In this document: piece by piece, positions 20,336 to 30,041 of the stretch
How positions within the stretch are numbered: the stretch's first letter is position 1
How the letters are laid out: each line of letters opens with the position of its first letter
Assembly (NCBI GenBank): GCA_021825655.1
Contig: JAKAGU010000003.1
Location: 12,014 to 76,013, forward strand
DNA length: 64,000 nucleotides
Source of the DNA: a bacterium
Lineage (GTDB): Bacteria > Patescibacteriota > Doudnabacteria > UBA920
Direction: 5' to 3'
Notes under the pieces: model-generated
Told to the model about the DNA's origin: nothing
What the model saw: the letters and a program-made list of their open reading frames with translations, nothing else
Databases searched by the model: none
Made by a program: the position numbers and the translations under genes

Positions 20336-21430
20336 ATGCCTTATTTTTTTTATTTTTTAGCCGCCACTCTGCTGTCCGCCCTGTTTACGCCTGTAGTCAA
20401 AAAGGCGGCCTTCCGTTTCCAAATTCTGGACATACCCAACAGCCCGAGAAAAATCCAAAAGCACCCCACGCCGCTTTTGGGCGGGGTGTCGGTCTTCTTG
20501 TCTTTTGTGCTTGTTACGGCTGGCTACCTGCTGTTGTCCCGGCCCGATTTTAATATTGTACCTTTCAAATTCTTCCTGGGCATTTTCAGCGGCGGACTTG
20601 TGCTGCTGGTAGGCGGGATTTTGGACGATAAATACAACCTGCCGCCCAGGGCTTTGTGGCTGTTCCCGGCCCTAGCCTCGCTGTGCGTTGTCGCCTCCGG
20701 CATTGGCGTGGGTATCACCACGCTTTCCAACCCTTTCGGCGGCACGCTCAACATTGGCCAGGTAATTTTTGGCATCAAGCTTTCTGCACTGATTATGTGG
20801 TTATGGATGATGGGCATGATATTCACCACCAAATTTTTGGACGGGCTGGACGGGCTCTGCTCCGGCATTGCGCTCATCGGCGGCCTGACCTTGTTCGCGC
20901 TGTCTTTGACCGAACACATCAACCAGCCCATCACGGCCAGCCTGGCCGTCATCTTTACGGGGGCAATTGCCGGATTTTTGCTCTACAACTTCCACCCGGC
21001 CAGTATTTTTCTGGGCGAATCAGGCAGCACGTTTTTGGGCTTTGGCTTGGGGGTTTTGGCCATCATCCTGGGCGGAAAAATCGCTACCGCGCTGCTGATT
21101 ATGGGCATCCCCATTTTAGACGTGGCTTGGGCTATTATGCGGCGGCTGTGGTACGGGCAAAGCCCATTTAAAGCGGACAAAAGCCACTTGCACCACCGCC
21201 TCCTGGATATTGGCCTGTCCCAGCGCCAAGCCGTGCTGGTGCTGTACGGCATTTCCGCAATTTTCGGGTTTACAGCCGTATTTCTGCAATCCATGGGCAA
21301 ACTGATCGCCCTGGGCGTGCTGTTCTGCGTCATGGTGGTCTTGGCCCTGGCTTTGGTTATGATTTACAAGCGCCAGCACCCCCATATTCCCGACCTGTTT
21401 GATAAGGTTGACGAAAAAGCCCAAAAATGA
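20336..21430 (+). CDS. polyprenyl-phosphate N-acetylhexosamine-1-phosphate transferase (GT4, WecA/MraY family)
   Basis: PRKIQKHPTPLLGGVSVF, ILDDKYNLP, FLDGLDGLCSG, NFHPASIFLGESGSTFLGFGLG, HLHHRLLDIGLSQRQ (WecA-type HIHHRL). Confidence 0.75.
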   Translation: MPYFFYFLAATLLSALFTPVVKKAAFRFQILDIPNSPRKIQKHPTPLLGGVSVFLSFVLVTAGYLLLSRPDFNIVPFKFFLGIFSGGLVLLVGGILDDKYNLPPRALWLFPALASLCVVASGIGVGITTLSNPFGGTLNIGQVIFGIKLSALIMWLWMMGMIFTTKFLDGLDGLCSGIALIGGLTLFALSLTEHINQPITASLAVIFTGAIAGFLLYNFHPASIFLGESGSTFLGFGLGVLAIILGGKIATALLIMGIPILDVAWAIMRRLWYGQSPFKADKSHLHHRLLDIGLSQRQAVLVLYGISAIFGFTAVFLQSMGKLIALGVLFCVMVVLALALVMIYKRQHPHIPDLFDKVDEKAQK

Positions 21431-21477
21431 TAGAATAGCAAAGTAATTTTTGAATCCTTAAACTTTCCCGTTAAACT

Positions 21478-21783
21478 ATGTTCGCAATCATTGAAACCGG
21501 CGGCAAGCAGTATCTGGTCAAAAAAGGCGAGAAGCTGCAAGTGGAGAAACTGGCAGGCGAAGCCGGCCAAACTTTGAAATTTGAAAAAGTGCTCTTTACC
21601 TCAGACGGCAAAACTTTTCAGCTGGGCAAGCCTTATGTCTCCGGCGCCAGCGTGGAAGCCAAGGTCTTAAAACAGGGCAAAGGCAGAAAAGTGGAAGTCC
21701 TGAAATACAAAGCCAAAAGCAAGTACCGCCGCAAGATTGGCCACCGCCAGCACTTTACCGAAATCCAAATCACCAAGATCTAA
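21478..21783 (+). CDS. rplU: 50S ribosomal protein L21
   Basis: MFAIIETGGKQYLVKKGEKLQVEKL. Confidence 0.9.
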   Translation: MFAIIETGGKQYLVKKGEKLQVEKLAGEAGQTLKFEKVLFTSDGKTFQLGKPYVSGASVEAKVLKQGKGRKVEVLKYKAKSKYRRKIGHRQHFTEIQITKI

Positions 21784-21785
21784 AA

Positions 21786-21817
21786 CAAAACCCCCGCTTG
21801 TACAGCGGGGGTTTTTA
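21786..21817 (+). terminator. intrinsic terminator after rplU
   Basis: cccccgc ttgtaca gcggggg, then T5. Confidence 0.65.
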
Positions 21818-21824
21818 GTTGGCT

Positions 21825-22433
21825 TTATATTTCCCGGCGGCCTTCCATGGCCCGAGTCAGGGTAATATCGTCCGCGTATTCCAAATCGCCACCCATAGGC
21901 AGGCCGCGGGCGATTCTGGTAATTACGAGCTGAGGGAATTGCTGCTTGAGGATTTTCTGCAGATGCATGGCCGTGGTTTCGCCTTCCAAAGAAGGATTGG
22001 TGGCAATTATAATTTCCCTGACCGCGTCCGGTCTGCTTACACGGGCCACCAAAGAATCAATTTTCAAATGTTCCGGACCCACGCCCTCCAAAGGGTTTAG
22101 CACGCCGCCCAAGACATGGAACACACCCTTAAAATTTCCGGTCTTATCTATGGCCAAGGCATCCAGCGGTTCTTCCACCACGCAAATCAGGCCCTGGTCG
22201 CGCCGTTCATCCGTGCATACGGAGCAAGGATCCGTTTCCACCATGTTGTGGCAAATGCTGCAAAAAGTCACGTTCTGTTTCAGATTAGCCACGGCGCCAG
22301 ACAGGGATTCCAAATCCAGGCTGTCTTTTTTCAGCAGATAAAACGCCAGGCGCTGGGCGGTCTTGGGGCCGATGCCAGGCAAACGGGAAAACTCGTTGAT
22401 AAGTTTTTGAATGGAGGAGGGGAGGCGGGTCAT
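21825..22433 (-). CDS. recR: recombination protein RecR
   Basis: LPGIGPKTAQRLAFYLL, zinc finger CSICHNMVETDPCSVC, TOPRIM domain. Confidence 0.9.
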   Translation of the reverse strand: MTRLPSSIQKLINEFSRLPGIGPKTAQRLAFYLLKKDSLDLESLSGAVANLKQNVTFCSICHNMVETDPCSVCTDERRDQGLICVVEEPLDALAIDKTGNFKGVFHVLGGVLNPLEGVGPEHLKIDSLVARVSRPDAVREIIIATNPSLEGETTAMHLQKILKQQFPQLVITRIARGLPMGGDLEYADDITLTRAMEGRREI

Positions 22434-22437
22434 GGGC

Positions 22438-23832
22438 TTAAACTTCTTCGGGGTTAAGCTGGTTTAAAGAACTCATTACGGCCTGGGGGCTGATGTCGAA
22501 AGTCTTGTCCAAATTCTTAAAGCTGGTTTTGTCCGCGTCAAAGAACAAATCCACCTCGCCGGTCGGGCCGTTGCGGTGCTTTTTAATATGGATTTCGGCA
22601 ATATTGGGCCGGCGGGAATCCTTGCCTTTATACATGTCTTCGCGGTAAATAAACATCACCACGTCCGCATCCTGTTCAATGGAACCGGACTCGCGCAAGT
22701 CCGCCAATTGTGGCACCTTGTCCGGGCGGTTTTCCACGCCGCGGGAAAGCTGGGACAGGGCAATCACGGGGATGTTCAGCTCGCGGGCCAAAATTTTCAG
22801 GCTCCGGGAAATTTCGGAAACTTCCTGCACGCGGTTGTCCGTATTTTTGCCGGACATCAGCTGTAAATAGTCAATCACCAGCATGCCGACATTGTGCTCC
22901 ATGTGGAGGCGCCGCGCCTTGGTGCGGACTTCCATTACGCTGCTGCCGGCCGCGTCGTCAATAAATATCGGGGCCTCGGACAGCACGCCCATGGCTTCGC
23001 CGATTTTTTCAAAATCCTCGTCGTTCAAATGCCCGGTGCGGATTTTCCACAAATTCACGTCGCTCTGCGCGGACAGCAAGCGGTCGACCAGCTGGTCTTT
23101 GCTCATTTCCAAAGAAAATATTCCCACCGGCACTTTGGAAGTAACACCCACGTGGCGGATAATATCCAGGGCCAAAGAAGTTTTTCCCATAGAAGGCCGC
23201 GCCGCCAGAATAATCAAGTCGGACTTCTGCATGCCGCCCAGCTTCTGGTCCAAATCCACAAAGCCCGTAGCTACGCCCCTAAGCTTGCCCTGGTCGCGGT
23301 GTAACTCGTCAATGCGCTCAAAAGTCGCGGACAAAATGTTGTTAATGGAAACGAAATTCTGCTTCAAGTGCTTTTGGGATACGCCAAAAATCTGGGTTTC
23401 GGCCTTATCCAAAATCTGTTCAATTTCGGCGTCCTCGTCGTACGCCAGATTGTTGATTTCCCCGGCCGTGGAAATCAACCGCCTGAGCGTGCCTTTTTTC
23501 CTGACAATAAAAGCATAGTGGACCACATTGGCGGCCGAAGGCACGGAATTAATAAGTTCCGTGAGGTAGCTGCCCCCGCCGACCTTGTCCAAGGCCTTTC
23601 TTTCTTCCAGGGCATTAGTCACGGTCAAAATATCAATCGAAACGCTTTTGGCAAACAGGGACTGCATAGCCTCGTAAATCAGCCGGTTGCGGTTGTCGTA
23701 AAAATCGTCCGGGGATATTACGTCGGCAATCTTAATAATTGCGTCTTTATCGAGCATGAGCGAGCCCAAAACCGAGACCTCGGCTTCGGGCGACTGGGGC
23801 GGCAAGCGGACTGCAGTTTGGTTGTCTGCCAT
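22438..23832 (-). CDS. dnaB: replicative DNA helicase DnaB
   Basis: PQSPEAEVSVLGSLMLD, Walker A ARPSMGKTSLALDI, VIDYLQLM. Confidence 0.9.
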   Translation of the reverse strand: MADNQTAVRLPPQSPEAEVSVLGSLMLDKDAIIKIADVISPDDFYDNRNRLIYEAMQSLFAKSVSIDILTVTNALEERKALDKVGGGSYLTELINSVPSAANVVHYAFIVRKKGTLRRLISTAGEINNLAYDEDAEIEQILDKAETQIFGVSQKHLKQNFVSINNILSATFERIDELHRDQGKLRGVATGFVDLDQKLGGMQKSDLIILAARPSMGKTSLALDIIRHVGVTSKVPVGIFSLEMSKDQLVDRLLSAQSDVNLWKIRTGHLNDEDFEKIGEAMGVLSEAPIFIDDAAGSSVMEVRTKARRLHMEHNVGMLVIDYLQLMSGKNTDNRVQEVSEISRSLKILARELNIPVIALSQLSRGVENRPDKVPQLADLRESGSIEQDADVVMFIYREDMYKGKDSRRPNIAEIHIKKHRNGPTGEVDLFFDADKTSFKNLDKTFDISPQAVMSSLNQLNPEEV

Positions 23833-23959
23833 ATTGGGAAAATTCTTAGTTTTAAATCAGGTTGCCTACTCATTATAGCCTAATCGCCAAAAACTAAAAA
23901 TAGCGTAAAAGGCCCTGTTTTCAGCCTGTTTGTGGGTATTCGGTAGATTAACGGTGGAC

Positions 23960-23993
23960 AACAAAACAGCCCCTACAAGGGGCTGTTTTAAGC
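23960..23993 (-). terminator. intrinsic terminator after cysS
   Basis: aacagcccctacaaggggctgtt, flanked by an A-run on the plus strand (T-run on the minus strand). Confidence 0.5.
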
Positions 23994-24013
23994 GTTTTAA
24001 GGCACTTTTTGGG

Positions 24014-25435
24014 CTAAAGACTGATTTTCCGCTTGATTTTCTGGCCTTCGGGGGTATCAAGCACCTCATAACCCAGCTCTTCAATCTGCTTCCTTAGCTC
24101 GTCGGACTTGGCAAAATCTTTTTTTTGCCTGGCGTGCTCGCGGGCCTGTTTCAATTTTTCAACATCTTCAGTCAAAACCAAGGTGTCCTTTATGTTTTTT
24201 ACCTCCTCGAGCCTCAAGCCAAAAATTCTATCAAACTGCATCAATAAATCAAATTTTTGCGAACCACTGATTTCTGAACCCAACATCTCCCAAGCGACTG
24301 CCAAAGCCTGTGTGATGTTTAAATCATCGCTAATTGCATTGGCAAACTTTATACCAAACTCGGTAGCTCTGGTTGCGCTTGTATCCAAAGTTACAATTTT
24401 ATTACCAACCAACAGCTCTTTAGCTTTTAATGTCAAATTATATCTGGCATTTTTAGCTGCATGCAAACCCTCCCAAGTAAAATTCAATTGCGTTCGATAA
24501 TGAGCCTGCAGGCACATATAGCGGTAATCGAGAGGGGAAAAGCCTTTTTCTTTCAGAGTATCCAAAGTAATAAAATTACCCTCGCTCTTGCCCATGCGCC
24601 CGCTGTCCACCAGCAAAAATTCGCCGTGCATCCACATATTGGCCAAAGGCAGGCCGAACGCGGCTTCGGACTGGGCGATTTCATTGGTGTGGTGCGTGCC
24701 AATATGGTCCACGCCGCCGCAGTGAATATCGAAAGGCTGGCCTAAAATTTTCCGGGAGATGGCGGAGCATTCAATGTGCCAACCGGGAAAACCTTCGCCC
24801 CAGGGCGACGCCCAGTGCAAAATATGGTTTTCGTATTTGCCTTTCAGAAAAAACCACAAGGCAAAATCCGCGGGATGTTTTTTGTCCGGGTCCAGCACCA
24901 CTTCCTCCCGCGCGCCGCTCTTTTTTTCCGAAAGTTTTTGCCCCGAAAGCTTGCCATAATCCGCCAGCTTAGAGGTATCAAAATAAATAGCCTTCTCGCC
25001 TATGTAGGTAAAACCCTTTTGTTCCAAAGTTTTAATTATTTCCACCTGTTCGGGGATAGCCTGGGTGGCAGGCAGGACAGTATCGGGCCTAAGGATGTTT
25101 AACGCGTCCGTGTCCTGAAAAAACTTTTCCTTATAAAACTTGGCAATGTCCAAAGGGTTTTTGCCTTCGCGTTTGGCGCCCACTTCCAGCTTATCTTCGC
25201 CTTCATCGCCATCGCCAACCAAGTGTCCAACATCCGTAATGTTCATGGCATGCTTAACCTGAAAACCTTCGTAAAGCAAGGCGCGCTTCAGCAAGTCTTC
25301 AAAAATATAGGTTCGCAAATTGCCAATGTGGGCGTAGTTGTAAACCGTGGGCCCGCAGGTATAAAGGTTCACGTGGCCTGGGTTGATGGGTTTAAGCTCT
25401 TCAGTTTTCTTGGTTAAGGTGTTGTATAGTTTCAT
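24014..25435 (-). CDS. cysS: cysteine--tRNA ligase
   Basis: CGPTVYNYAHIGNLRTY (HIGH region), GRMGKSEGN (KMSKS), CGGVDHIGTHHTNEIAQSEA. Confidence 0.9.
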   Translation of the reverse strand: MKLYNTLTKKTEELKPINPGHVNLYTCGPTVYNYAHIGNLRTYIFEDLLKRALLYEGFQVKHAMNITDVGHLVGDGDEGEDKLEVGAKREGKNPLDIAKFYKEKFFQDTDALNILRPDTVLPATQAIPEQVEIIKTLEQKGFTYIGEKAIYFDTSKLADYGKLSGQKLSEKKSGAREEVVLDPDKKHPADFALWFFLKGKYENHILHWASPWGEGFPGWHIECSAISRKILGQPFDIHCGGVDHIGTHHTNEIAQSEAAFGLPLANMWMHGEFLLVDSGRMGKSEGNFITLDTLKEKGFSPLDYRYMCLQAHYRTQLNFTWEGLHAAKNARYNLTLKAKELLVGNKIVTLDTSATRATEFGIKFANAISDDLNITQALAVAWEMLGSEISGSQKFDLLMQFDRIFGLRLEEVKNIKDTLVLTEDVEKLKQAREHARQKKDFAKSDELRKQIEELGYEVLDTPEGQKIKRKISL

Positions 25436-25496
25436 AGGCTAATTCTACCAAAAAACCCGGGAAATAAAAAACCGCCCGGCAAAAAGCCTGGCGGTC

Positions 25497-27204
25497 TTAG
25501 CTCATCATTTTAAGATGGCCTTCGCGCAGGCGCTTAAGCCCGCGGAAAGAATGGTCGTCTTCCAAAATCTTGGCCAGATGCAAGCCGCTCATAAAATGCG
25601 GCGAAATGACGTAGTCGATATTCTGGTTATACAAGTATTTAATTTCTTCCTCATCCTGGGCAATGAAAATAAGTTTGGGACGTCGCTTCTTGCCCGCATT
25701 CAGCTTTTTTACCGCGTCCAACAGGGCAAGGTTGTCGTTTAAATCCGGCACCGTGGAAATAATCAGCTTGGCATCGGACAGGTTTACCTGGTCCTGGATG
25801 TAGGTATCCGTAATGTCGCCGCACACCGCTTTGAGCCCCTCTTCCAAATATTTTTCCACCACCTCGGGGTTAAAATCCACTAGCACAAACGGCTGGCGGG
25901 TTTTGGATAAAGTTGCTATCAGGTGCCGGCCCATGCGGTGCCCGCCCACAATGATAACGTGGTTCTTGAGCACGGTTACATCCATATTTTTTTCCGCGCT
26001 GCCTTTGAAAAAATCCAAGTGCTTTAACATTGGCCTCAGCCAGTCGTACAGTTTGGCCGAATTCATTACCATGTAAGACGAGAGGGCGAAAGTAATGATA
26101 CCGATAAAAGTCACCATGGAAACCTGGGCGCGGCTTAAAATTCCCAACTTGTGGCCCAACGCCACGAGAATCAGGCTAAATTCGGAAATCTGCGCCACGG
26201 TCACGCCGGCAAAGAATCCGGTCCTGGGCTTATAGCCCTGCAGGGCCAAAAGCAGCATGACAATGAGCGGGTTGCCCAAAAGCACAAAGACCGAAACCGC
26301 TATGGCGGGAACCACCATGCTGCCGAAATCGCCAAAACCCAAACCGGAACCCAGGACAATGAAAAAAATAATAATGAAAAAATCCCTGAGAGGCTTGATG
26401 CGAGCGCTGATTTCGTAATGCACCGCGCTGCGCGCCAAAGCCAGGCCCGCCAGAAACCCGCCAATCTCCAAAGAAAAACCCACTACCGGCAGGGAAACGA
26501 AGGCGGCCAGACCCAAAGCCCAGGCCAGGGAAAAAATCAGCAGCAATTCTTCCGATTTGCCAATAATATGCACGGCTTTGGGAAAAACCTTGGCCGACAT
26601 CCAGGCCACAAACAAAATAAGTATCAACGCCCGTACCAGGGTAAACATCACGTTTTGCCAGATTGGCAGGCCGCTATACAGGCTGGCGGTTTCCGAAGAT
26701 ACGCTGGCCAGGGCCAGCAGAATCAGCACTGCAACAAAGTCCTGCATTAAAAAAACGCCAACCACAATTTTGCCGTACAGACTTTGTAATTCCTTCTTTT
26801 CGGTGAGCAGCTTGACAATAATAATGGTGGAGGCAAAAGTCAGGGCAGGCGCCATAAACAGGGAGGAGGCGGGCGAAAAATGCAGAGCGCGCAAAAGCGC
26901 ATAACCCAGCACGCTGGTAAACACAATCTGGCCCGCGCCTGTCAGCAGCGCGGTCTTGCCAATTTTTTTCAGCTGGGTGACATCCAATTCCAAGCCCACC
27001 ATGAACAGCAGCAGGGTAATGCCAATTTGCGAAAGGCTCTGCAAGGTTTCCCCCCATATGCAGGCGGTAATATCCAAAAGACCCCAAAATAACGCCTGTA
27101 AGAATGTAGGCAATAATGCTGGGCTGCTTGAGCAGGCTAATGATAAAAGCCACCAGGCCCGCCAAGATTAAAACGATTGTAAGTTCAAAAAATAAATTTT
27201 CCAC
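25497..27204 (-). CDS. Kef-type monovalent cation:proton antiporter (CPA2) with C-terminal RCK/TrkA-N domain; reading frame interrupted by an apparent +1 frameshift
   Basis: N-terminal 40 aa (ENLFFELTIVLILAGLVAFIISLLKQPSIIAYILTGVILGSFGYYRL) are in one frame. The remainder (ETLQSLSQIGITLLLFMVGLELD ... VIIVGGHRMGRHL Rossmann fold) is in the +1 frame. The junction is at a C6/G6 homopolymer at 27050-27055. Confidence 0.6.
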
Positions 27205-27303
27205 GAACTTTTTTTGTTTCTTAAACTGGGCTGTTTAAATTATTATACCATAATTTGAAGCCAAACCAAATTTCCTGTATAATTATCGTATTAACCCAAA
27301 TTT

Positions 27304-27876
27304 ATGGAACTCAATACGATTTTTTTCATCGGTCCCCAGGGCAGCGGCAAAGGCACCCAGGCCAAAATGCTCGCCTCCAAACTTGGCTTTTTTTACTGGG
27401 AAATGGGCGGCATCCTGAGGCAGGTGGCGCAAGAAGAGACCGAGCTGGGTAAAAAAATCAAAGGCTTGATTGACCAGGGCATTTTGCTTTCCGACGACCA
27501 GATTTACGAGGTCGTTAATTCCCGCTTTACCCAAATACCCAAAGACAAAGGCGTAATTTTTGACGGCATTCCCAGGCGTTTGGGCCAAGCCCAATTTTTG
27601 ATGGATTTTTTGAAAAAACAGGGCAGAAAAAATTTTGTGACGCTTTACATCAACCTGCCCAAGGAAGAAACTTTTAAAAGGCTGAAACTGCGGGCGGAAA
27701 AGGAAGGCCGCGCGGACGATACCCAGGAAGCAATCGAACTCAGGCTCAAGCAATACACTGAAGCCACCTTGCCGGTCCTGGACTATCTGAACCAGGAAAC
27801 CTCTTTTTTTGAAATTGATGGCACGCCAGCCATAGAAAAGGTCAGCGCCAAAATTAATGAAGCCCTGGGTATTTAA
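27304..27876 (+). CDS. adk: adenylate kinase (short form)
   Basis: P-loop IFFIGPQGSGKGTQAK, GILR, DGIPRRLGQAQFL, LID region GRADDTQEAIELRLKQY. Confidence 0.85.
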   Translation: MELNTIFFIGPQGSGKGTQAKMLASKLGFFYWEMGGILRQVAQEETELGKKIKGLIDQGILLSDDQIYEVVNSRFTQIPKDKGVIFDGIPRRLGQAQFLMDFLKKQGRKNFVTLYINLPKEETFKRLKLRAEKEGRADDTQEAIELRLKQYTEATLPVLDYLNQETSFFEIDGTPAIEKVSAKINEALGI

Positions 27877-28491
27877 ATGAAGCAGCCGCCTCTGAACATC
27901 ATACTGCTCGGCGATCCGGCCTCGGGCAAAGCAACGCACGGGGCTTTTATTGCGCAGAAGTACGGCATGTATGATTTGGATATGGGGCGGGAACTCAGGG
28001 CGATTGCCAAAAATCCGGGTCTGCGGAAAAAATATCGGCTGGACGAAACTTTGGAAAAAGGCAAGCTTACACCCACGAAAATTGTCAGGCAGATTCTGCG
28101 CGACCGCATTCACGCGGTGCCGAAAAACCAGGGCCTGCTTTTAAACGGCACGCCCAAAATGATTGGCGAGGCCAAGCTGGTGGCCAAATGGCTTAAGGAA
28201 GAAAACCGTGGCAATCCTTTATTTGTTTATATTTCCATCCCGCTGGCCGAAACCATCCGCCGCATGACCAGCCGCAAGGAATATTTTAAGGGCAAATTCA
28301 GCAAACGGCCGGATGATAACAACCAGGCCCTAAAAAACCGCATTGCCTACTACAAAAAAAATATCACCGAAGTCGTAAAGTTTTTTAAAACCCGATACCA
28401 GTTCAAAAAAATTTCCAGCCTGGGCACGATTGCCGGGGCCCGGAAAAAAATCCTAACTATGCTGGAGCACTATGAAAAAAGGGGCCGTTAA
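27877..28491 (+). CDS. second, divergent adenylate-kinase-family nucleoside monophosphate kinase
   Basis: IILLGDPASGKATHGAFIAQKY (altered P-loop), GKLTPTKIV, LNGTPKM, KRPDDNNQALKNRIAYY. Its start overlaps the adk stop (TAAATG). Confidence 0.6.
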   Translation: MKQPPLNIILLGDPASGKATHGAFIAQKYGMYDLDMGRELRAIAKNPGLRKKYRLDETLEKGKLTPTKIVRQILRDRIHAVPKNQGLLLNGTPKMIGEAKLVAKWLKEENRGNPLFVYISIPLAETIRRMTSRKEYFKGKFSKRPDDNNQALKNRIAYYKKNITEVVKFFKTRYQFKKISSLGTIAGARKKILTMLEHYEKRGR

Positions 28492-29233
28492 AACCCGGGA
28501 AGAAATTAGCCTGATTGCCGAGGGCGGCACAATCCTCCACGACATCCTCTACCGCACGGCGGCGCTTGCCAAGCCGGGCGTTTCCACCTGGGAACTGAAT
28601 GAATTTGCGGAAACCGAAATTGCCAAAGCCGGCGGCAGGCCGAGCTTTAAAGGCTACGGCGGCAAAAAAAACCCCTACCCAGCCGGCCTGTGCACCTCGG
28701 TCAACAGCGAAGTCGTGCACGGCATCCCCTCCAAAAAGACACTTTTAAAAGACGGGGACATTGTGGGCCTTGATATTGGCATGGAATACAAGGAGCTATT
28801 TACTGACACGGCCATCACCGTACCCATTGGCAAAGTTTCTGCACTGGCGGAAAAACTTTTGGAAGCCACTCAAAAATCTTTGAACGCGGCCATCAAGCAG
28901 GCCAAACCCGGCAACCGCATAGGCGATATCAGCTTTGCCATTCAATCCACTGCCGAGGCCGCGGGTTTTTCCGTAGTGCGCGATTTGGTCGGCCATGGCG
29001 TGGGTTACGATGTTCACGAAGACCCGTCCGTGCCGTGCTACGGGAAAAAGGGGACGGGGCAGGTTTTAAAAACCGGCATGGTGCTGGCTATTGAGCCCAT
29101 GCTCTGCGAGCACGAATATTTTGTAGATTTCGATAAGGACGGCTGGACTATCCGCACCAAAGACGGAGGACTTTCCGCCCATTTTGAACACACCATTGCC
29201 ATTACCGAATACGGCGCAAGAATTCTCACTTGA
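28472..29233 (+). CDS. map: methionine aminopeptidase type I
   Basis: VHGIPSKKTLLKDGDIVGLDIGMEY, GHGVGYDVHEDPSVP, IEPML. Confidence 0.9.
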   Translation: MKKGAVKTREEISLIAEGGTILHDILYRTAALAKPGVSTWELNEFAETEIAKAGGRPSFKGYGGKKNPYPAGLCTSVNSEVVHGIPSKKTLLKDGDIVGLDIGMEYKELFTDTAITVPIGKVSALAEKLLEATQKSLNAAIKQAKPGNRIGDISFAIQSTAEAAGFSVVRDLVGHGVGYDVHEDPSVPCYGKKGTGQVLKTGMVLAIEPMLCEHEYFVDFDKDGWTIRTKDGGLSAHFEHTIAITEYGARILT

Positions 29234-29293
29234 AAATCAAATCTTTTTAAAAGAATGCTTAAACTTAAGCATTCTTTTTTTATTATTTACGTC

Positions 29294-29322
29294 TTGACAA
29301 AATATCAATTTTATGCTTAAAT
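29294..29322 (+). promoter_or_regulatory. sigma70-like promoter upstream of the PEP-CTERM gene
   Basis: TTGACA, 17 nt spacer, TTAAAT. The GGAGG Shine-Dalgarno lies 7 nt before the TTG start. Confidence 0.45.
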
Positions 29323-29375
29323 AACAGCACCATTCGGAAGACCGGGTGGATTCCAAGTCCAAGGGAGGACTGTAA

Positions 29376-30023
29376 TTGCATAAACAATGTGTGTTGTTGT
29401 TAGTGGTACTGCTGGCGGCCAGCATGGCAGCGCAAGCGGGCACCATCACTTTCGGTTCCGATCTTACGGACGAGTACAACCTTCACAATCTCGTCTACGG
29501 GTCGAACCAGTTCATCATCCCGGATCCGGCGTGGGCACCGCAGCTGCCGCACGGCAGCTGGATCAGCTACGCCAATACGGGTGACGGCGCGGGCGCGATT
29601 TCGCCGCCCAACACGACCATCCCCGGACCGGCCACCGCAGTCTTTTTCGAAGTTCTGCCGGTCGGCACCTACCTGGCTTCCTTGAACATCTTCGCGGATG
29701 ACACCGCAGGGGTTTTCCTGGAAGACGCGAGCAATCCGTACGGTTTGCTGCTGAAAGCGCCGAACCCAGTACAAGACGGACACTGTGCAGCCGGGCAGAT
29801 TGGCTGCGAAGTGAACGAGAACTGGACAGGCAGCTTTGCGGTAGACCCCAGCGGTTCTTCCCGCTTGCGCATCGAAGCGTATCAGCGCGGGGGCGGGCCC
29901 TTCGGGGTCATGTACCAAGGCACGGCCTCGACCGTGCCGGAACCTGCCAGCTATCTGCTGCTCGGCAGCAGCCTCGTGATTCTCGGCGGCATCCGCAAGT
30001 GGCGGACGCGCAGCCAAAACTAA
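29376..30023 (+). CDS. secreted protein with N-terminal signal peptide and C-terminal PEP-CTERM sorting signal
   Basis: Signal peptide LLLVVLLAASMAAQA|GT. C-terminus VPEPASYLLLGSSLVILGGIRKWRTRSQN (VPEP + hydrophobic helix + basic tail). Coding GC is about 65-70% against a window average near 50%. Confidence 0.65.
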   Translation: MHKQCVLLLVVLLAASMAAQAGTITFGSDLTDEYNLHNLVYGSNQFIIPDPAWAPQLPHGSWISYANTGDGAGAISPPNTTIPGPATAVFFEVLPVGTYLASLNIFADDTAGVFLEDASNPYGLLLKAPNPVQDGHCAAGQIGCEVNENWTGSFAVDPSGSSRLRIEAYQRGGGPFGVMYQGTASTVPEPASYLLLGSSLVILGGIRKWRTRSQN

Positions 30024-30041
30024 CAACACAGCAGTTCAAGA

